Positions 59,603 through 64,000 of a DNA stretch of 64,000 nt are shown here, in pieces; the first letter of the stretch is position 1, and every line of letters begins with the position of its first letter. This DNA comes from Candidatus Hydrogenedentota bacterium (GTDB taxonomy: Bacteria; Hydrogenedentota; Hydrogenedentia; Hydrogenedentales; SLHB01). The translations under genes were made by a program, and so were the position numbers. The DNA lies in the NCBI GenBank assembly GCA_963745075.1, contig CAVUWV010000018.1, positions 32,001-96,000 of the forward strand, in the 5' to 3' direction. The notes under the pieces are model-generated. The model worked only from the letters and a program-made list of their open reading frames with translations, made no database searches and had not been told where the DNA came from.

Positions 59603-60097
59603 ATGCATAAGAAAAGTATCGAATTGCTGAACAAAGCCGTGGCGGACGAATTGTCGGCGGTACATCAGTACATGTACTTCCATTTCCATTGCGACGACCA
59701 GGGGCTGGACGTGATCGCTGCGCTCTTTAAGCAGACGGCCATCCAGGAGATGATCCACGTCGAGCGGCTCTCCGAGCGTATCCTGTTCCTCAAAGGCGAC
59801 GTGGAGATGGCGTTGGCCGAGCCGGTGCAGCAGATTCACGACGTTGCGGACATGTTGAAGCGCGCGGCCAAAATGGAGGAAGACAGCGCCAAGGAGTACA
59901 ACCAGTGGGCGAACGAGTGTGCGAAGAACGCGGACTCGGTGTCGAAAAAGCTCTTCGAGGATCTGGTTGCGGAAGAGGAAGGACACTTCGATCAATTCGA
60001 CCTGGAGGTTGACAAGCTGAAGCAGTACGGTGATAAGTACTTGGCGCTTCAGTCGATGGAAAGCAGCAAGTCGCGGCTGACGGGCGGCGCAGAATAA
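59603..60097 (+). CDS. bfr: Bacterioferritin
   Basis: ELSAVHQY, EMIH (heme Met), ERILFL.G, EEEGH. Confidence 0.92.
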   Translation: MHKKSIELLNKAVADELSAVHQYMYFHFHCDDQGLDVIAALFKQTAIQEMIHVERLSERILFLKGDVEMALAEPVQQIHDVADMLKRAAKMEEDSAKEYNQWANECAKNADSVSKKLFEDLVAEEEGHFDQFDLEVDKLKQYGDKYLALQSMESSKSRLTGGAE

Positions 60098-60250
60098 GGC
60101 AGCGTGATATTCCTGCCCCCACGGGGGATGCGCGTCGTCCTTCGGGGGACAGATCGTAACCGCCGACAGACTTGCGATTGACGAATGGGTTCCGTCGGGC
60201 CGGTCTGCCGTAAGGACGTGGTGCCTGGGTACTGAACGGTCGTTCCGGGA

Positions 60251-60367
60251 TCACAAGATCGGCATCAGCGGTACACGGCGAGGCGCCGGAAAGAGCGCGT
60301 CCTCACCAAAGAACAGGAAGTCGAAAATTCCGCCGATCATGTTGAGGATCAGAAGGATGAACCCCAT
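60251..60367 (-). CDS. Putative 38-aa small membrane peptide
   Basis: GGGAG RBS shortly before ATG; MGFILLILNMIGGIFDFLFFGEDALFPAPRRVPLMPIL. Confidence 0.5.
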   Translation of the reverse strand: MGFILLILNMIGGIFDFLFFGEDALFPAPRRVPLMPIL

Positions 60368-60578
60368 GGTTTTTCTCCCGTGTTCGAGTCGAACCAACCC
60401 TACATTCAATCACTCTAAAACTCTATTGTAAGCATATTACAGTTCGCCGCCAAAAAGCGCAATGCTTTTTGCCTTTGTGCGACAATTCAAGCAGCAATGA
60501 CTGCTGGATTTCACCGGCGCCCGAAGGCGCGCCGGATTGCACGTTTTTGTGAACGCGTAGCAGCAAGGACTCCTGAAA

Positions 60579-61682
60579 ATGGATAAGCACTCCAACGTGA
60601 CGGGATTTCTGCTCTTGGTCGTACTCGGCGTTGTGGGGTCTTTAACCTATACCTATCTAAGTCCTCCTACCCCGGACTCCGATGGCGCCGGTTCGGACGC
60701 GGAACCCTCTTTTCCCTCCGTAATCGACACCGCGAAACCTACGGTACGTACATTTAGGAAGGAAATTCCGTGGATTGGCGTCGTTGAGAGTCAGACGTTG
60801 GTTGAACTGAGGGCGTTGATGGCCGGCCGCGTGGAGTCCATCGAGGTTCAGGATGAAACGCCGATTGAGCCAAAGGTGACCGTAATGAAATTGGGTGGGC
60901 CGCAAGTGGAATCAAAACGGTCCCGGCTGGAGGCCGAAATTCAGTCGGCGGAGTCCGATTTGGATCTGGCGGATCGACTCGCCAAGCACCTCGCCGAATT
61001 GCATGGCGAGAAGCTCGCGACCAATGAACAATTCACGGCAGCCGAACAGAATAAAATCGACATTCAATCGAAGCTCCAAGACGCGCAACTTGCCCTGAAA
61101 GCCTTCGAGAAGGAAACGCAGATTGTGGGGCCGATACCCGGCGTGTTCACGGACCGTCGCGTAAGCCCGGGGCAGAGCGTTCAGGCGAGCGAGGGGGTCG
61201 GAGCGATCATCGACCCGGATCATTTGCGAATCGTCGCAACGGTTCATACAAAGGATGGGGCGGCCTTACGGGACAAAGAGGCGACCATCCGCCTCGACGC
61301 GAACCAGTCTGTAACCGCGGTTGTCCAGCGGGTGCTGGCGCAGCGCAGTGAAACGGGACTGGCGAAAGTATGGATTGAGGGTCCTGCGGTTAATGCCGAC
61401 CTGCGGCCGGGTCAAACGGTTGGCGGAACGGTCGTCGTCGATACGGTCCGAGACGCCCTGGCGGTGCCCGAATCGGCCGTCGTCTACGATTCGGAGGAGC
61501 GGCCTTGTGTGTTTGTTGCGAACGGCAACACGTCTGAACGGCGCGACGTTGAAATCGGGCCGACCCAGGATGGTTGGGTGGAGATTCGATCGGGATTGAA
61601 ACCGGATGAGTCGGTCGTTACGCAGGGGGCTTACGAACTCTTTTACCGCGATTTCAACGAACGATACAAGGTGCAGGACTGA
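60579..61682 (+). CDS. RND efflux periplasmic adaptor (MFP)
   Basis: N-terminal TM, GRVESI.V, PIPGV, LRPGQ, AVPESAV, VEIRSGL..VVTQGA. Confidence 0.9.
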   Translation: MDKHSNVTGFLLLVVLGVVGSLTYTYLSPPTPDSDGAGSDAEPSFPSVIDTAKPTVRTFRKEIPWIGVVESQTLVELRALMAGRVESIEVQDETPIEPKVTVMKLGGPQVESKRSRLEAEIQSAESDLDLADRLAKHLAELHGEKLATNEQFTAAEQNKIDIQSKLQDAQLALKAFEKETQIVGPIPGVFTDRRVSPGQSVQASEGVGAIIDPDHLRIVATVHTKDGAALRDKEATIRLDANQSVTAVVQRVLAQRSETGLAKVWIEGPAVNADLRPGQTVGGTVVVDTVRDALAVPESAVVYDSEERPCVFVANGNTSERRDVEIGPTQDGWVEIRSGLKPDESVVTQGAYELFYRDFNERYKVQD

Positions 61683-61685
61683 ACC

Positions 61686-64000
61686 GTGCACAAAACCCTC
61701 CAACTGGCCATTGCGAATCCGGTCGCGGTAGTTCTGCTCGTAGCGATTGGCGTGTGGGGCGGTGTCTTTGCCCTGTTGCATCTGCCGGTGGGATTGTTTC
61801 CGGGATTGGACGTTCCGGTGGTGAACGTGATTTCCCATTACCCCGGGGCGGCGTCTGAGGAGATTGAATTACTTGTCACACGTCCTATCGAGGATCGCAT
61901 ACGGACCATCCCTGGAATTCAACGCGTATCTTCGGTGTCCAGCGAAGGGATATCGCGGATTACGGCGGAGTTTACTTGGGGAACCCGGCTGACCGACGCG
62001 CGCCAGCTCGTGCAGAGTGAAGTGTCGTCGGCGCAGGCGGGGCTACCCGGCGGGGTTGCGCCGCGTTTAGAGAATATCGGGACGACCCTGCAGGAAGTCG
62101 CCGGCTACGTGGTCTATGGGGGCGGCAGCCCGGTGGAACTGCGCACGACCGTGCAAATGGAACTGTCCAGCCGATTGATGAGTGTGGAAGGGGTAGCACG
62201 CGTGGAGGTCCTGGGCGGGGACGAGCCGGCGTTTGTGGTGCGGGTCCATCCCGAGTCCCTGGCACAAGACCACCTGACCCTTGGTGATATAAAGACGGCA
62301 CTCATCAACCACAATCAGGTCTCGGCAACGGGGTTCATTGACCGTGGCTCCCGCGAGTACACCATCCGCGGGGACAGCCGGCTGCAAACTGACACGGACA
62401 TCGAACGGGTACCAGTGGTTTCAGACGGTATTCGTTCCGTGTTCCTGCGAGACATCGCGACCGTTACGCCGGGCCGCGCTCCCCGGCACTATGAAGTTCA
62501 CGGCAACGGTGTGCCTGCCGTGTCGTTCATTGTTTTCAAACAGCCGACGGCCAGCACGCTCAGTGTGGTTCGGGGCGTGGATCGCGAACTGCCCGAACTC
62601 AAATCGTTGCTGCCGCCCGGCGCGCAGGTGCGGAAGTATTACGACCAAGCCGACATTGTGGGCGAGGCACGCAATTCGCTCGCACACGATCTGGTCATTG
62701 GCGCTGTTCTCGCTGCCGTGGTGCTGCTGTTCTTTATGGGGTCGTTGCGCGCGACCTTAATCGTGGCTGCGACGGTACCCATTGCACTGTTGATCACGCT
62801 GGCGATGATGATGGCTTTCGGAGAGACGCTTAACGTGATCACCCTGTCGGCGCTGACCCTGGCGGTTGGCATGGTGGTTGACGACGCCATCGTGGTGACG
62901 GAGAACGTGGTACGCCATGTCCACTTGGGCGAAGATTGCCAAACCGCCAGCGTGTCGGGTGCGGCGGAAATTGCGGGTCCGGACATTTCCGGCACGCTCA
63001 CGACGGTGGCCGCATTTGCTCCCCTGCTCTTTCTCGGCGGGATTGCGGGGCTGTTTGTTCGGCCCTTCGGGCTGGTCGTTAGTGTCGCATTGTTGGCGTC
63101 GCTCGTCGCCTCCCTCACCTTCGTGCCCGTCGCGTTCGCCCACATCGGCACGACGGGCCAGCGACGCGGGCTCGGCGTCCGGCTGCTTGGTGGATGCGAC
63201 CAGGTACTTCAACGCATGTTGCAACTCGCTTTCGCGCACCGTGGGTTTATGATTCTGTTTGGAGTATTGGTGATCGGACTCGGTGGCTTGGCCGCCACGC
63301 TGGGGCCGGTGAACGTGCTACCGCCGATCGATGAAGGCGCGATTCTGGTGGAGTACACCATGCCGCCGGGCACGTCGTTGCCGGAGAGTAATCGCATCGG
63401 CGACATCGTTGAGCGGGAGGCGCTTGCGCAACCGGATATTGAAACGGTCCGCCGTCGCACCGGTTCCCCCGAGGGCGGCTTGCAGGTTGAAGGCGTCAAC
63501 ATGGGCGAAATGACGATGAAGCTGGTTCCCCGCGACCGGCGCCAACACACGGTCGTTGCGATCATGGACGCGCTTCGCGCCACGTACAGCAAAATCCCCG
63601 GCGCGGTGTTCTTGTACCATCAGCCCACGCAGGAGAAGATGGACGAAAGCCTCTCCGGTCTCCCGGCCATGTTCGGAGTCACGATCTTTGGGCCGGACAT
63701 GGGCCAACTGGTGGGCCTGGCCGCACAAGCGGAGAGGATCATGGCGGCGGATCCGGCCCTGGAAAACATCGTCAACAACACGAAGATCCCCGTTCCCCAG
63801 ATTGTCGTCCGGCCCGATCCCGTGGAACTGGCGCGGTGCGGTATTTCTCCTCAAGACGTATTCGAGACCGTTCAGGCGGGCCGTTTCGGCGTTCCGGCAA
63901 CAACCATCGTGCGCCAGCGGCAGGAGGTGCCCGTCTTGGTCACTATGGATGCGCCCGCCCATCCGACGTTGGACTGGGTCGGGGGGCTTACTGTTGCAAC
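61686..64000 (+). CDS. RND permease (AcrB/CzcA family); runs off the window end
   Basis: Hand translation: LPVGLFPGLDVPVV..YPGAASEEIE.LVTRPIE, AVGMVVDDAIVVTEN, LPPIDEG; frame spot-checked at 62871 and 63900. Confidence 0.92.
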   Translation, partial: MHKTLQLAIANPVAVVLLVAIGVWGGVFALLHLPVGLFPGLDVPVVNVISHYPGAASEEIELLVTRPIEDRIRTIPGIQRVSSVSSEGISRITAEFTWGTRLTDARQLVQSEVSSAQAGLPGGVAPRLENIGTTLQEVAGYVVYGGGSPVELRTTVQMELSSRLMSVEGVARVEVLGGDEPAFVVRVHPESLAQDHLTLGDIKTALINHNQVSATGFIDRGSREYTIRGDSRLQTDTDIERVPVVSDGIRSVFLRDIATVTPGRAPRHYEVHGNGVPAVSFIVFKQPTASTLSVVRGVDRELPELKSLLPPGAQVRKYYDQADIVGEARNSLAHDLVIGAVLAAVVLLFFMGSLRATLIVAATVPIALLITLAMMMAFGETLNVITLSALTLAVGMVVDDAIVVTENVVRHVHLGEDCQTASVSGAAEIAGPDISGTLTTVAAFAPLLFLGGIAGLFVRPFGLVVSVALLASLVASLTFVPVAFAHIGTTGQRRGLGVRLLGGCDQVLQRMLQLAFAHRGFMILFGVLVIGLGGLAATLGPVNVLPPIDEGAILVEYTMPPGTSLPESNRIGDIVEREALAQPDIETVRRRTGSPEGGLQVEGVNMGEMTMKLVPRDRRQHTVVAIMDALRATYSKIPGAVFLYHQPTQEKMDESLSGLPAMFGVTIFGPDMGQLVGLAAQAERIMAADPALENIVNNTKIPVPQIVVRPDPVELARCGISPQDVFETVQAGRFGVPATTIVRQRQEVPVLVTMDAPAHPTLDWVGGLTVA

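Noticed and set aside
60440..60578. Metal or fluoride riboswitch upstream of the RND operon
   Set aside because: Hairpins exist (ccggcgcccgaaggcgcgccgg), but I could not match NiCo, yybP or fluoride consensus features by eye.

Overview
64 kb of GC-rich bacterial chromosome from a probably diderm, sugar-degrading organism. The protein families and repeat style suggest Candidatus Hydrogenedentota or a PVC-like lineage, but this is inference only. Housekeeping genes: proS, adk, tRNA-Arg(CCG), hpf-hprK-rapZ, ptsH-ptsI-dxr-rseP-lysC-pyk, ndh, bfr. Carbohydrate genes: a GH32 enzyme, a beta-propeller glycosidase, an FGGY kinase / AraA-like isomerase / amidohydrolase / Gfo-Idh-MocA cluster and a divergent GHMP kinase. 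Signalling genes: an MshEN-HDOD fusion, an HDOD protein with a pseudo-histidine kinase and REC domain, PilZ, and an ECF sigma locus with twin divergent promoters. Also present: a bacillithiol operon headed by a SAM methyltransferase, an ExbB-ExbD-TPR-vWA module and an RND efflux pair. The best candidates for undescribed biology are (1) an ExbBD motor coupled to a TonB/TolA-like SxxxH-anchored protein whose C-terminus is a vWA domain, and (2) a possible N-methyl-bacillithiol operon. At least nine genes carry 1-bp indels, most likely long-read assembly errors. Intergenic spaces hold several families of short REP-like repeats. No CRISPR array, integrase or transposase was seen. All family calls come from motif recognition by eye, without database searches.
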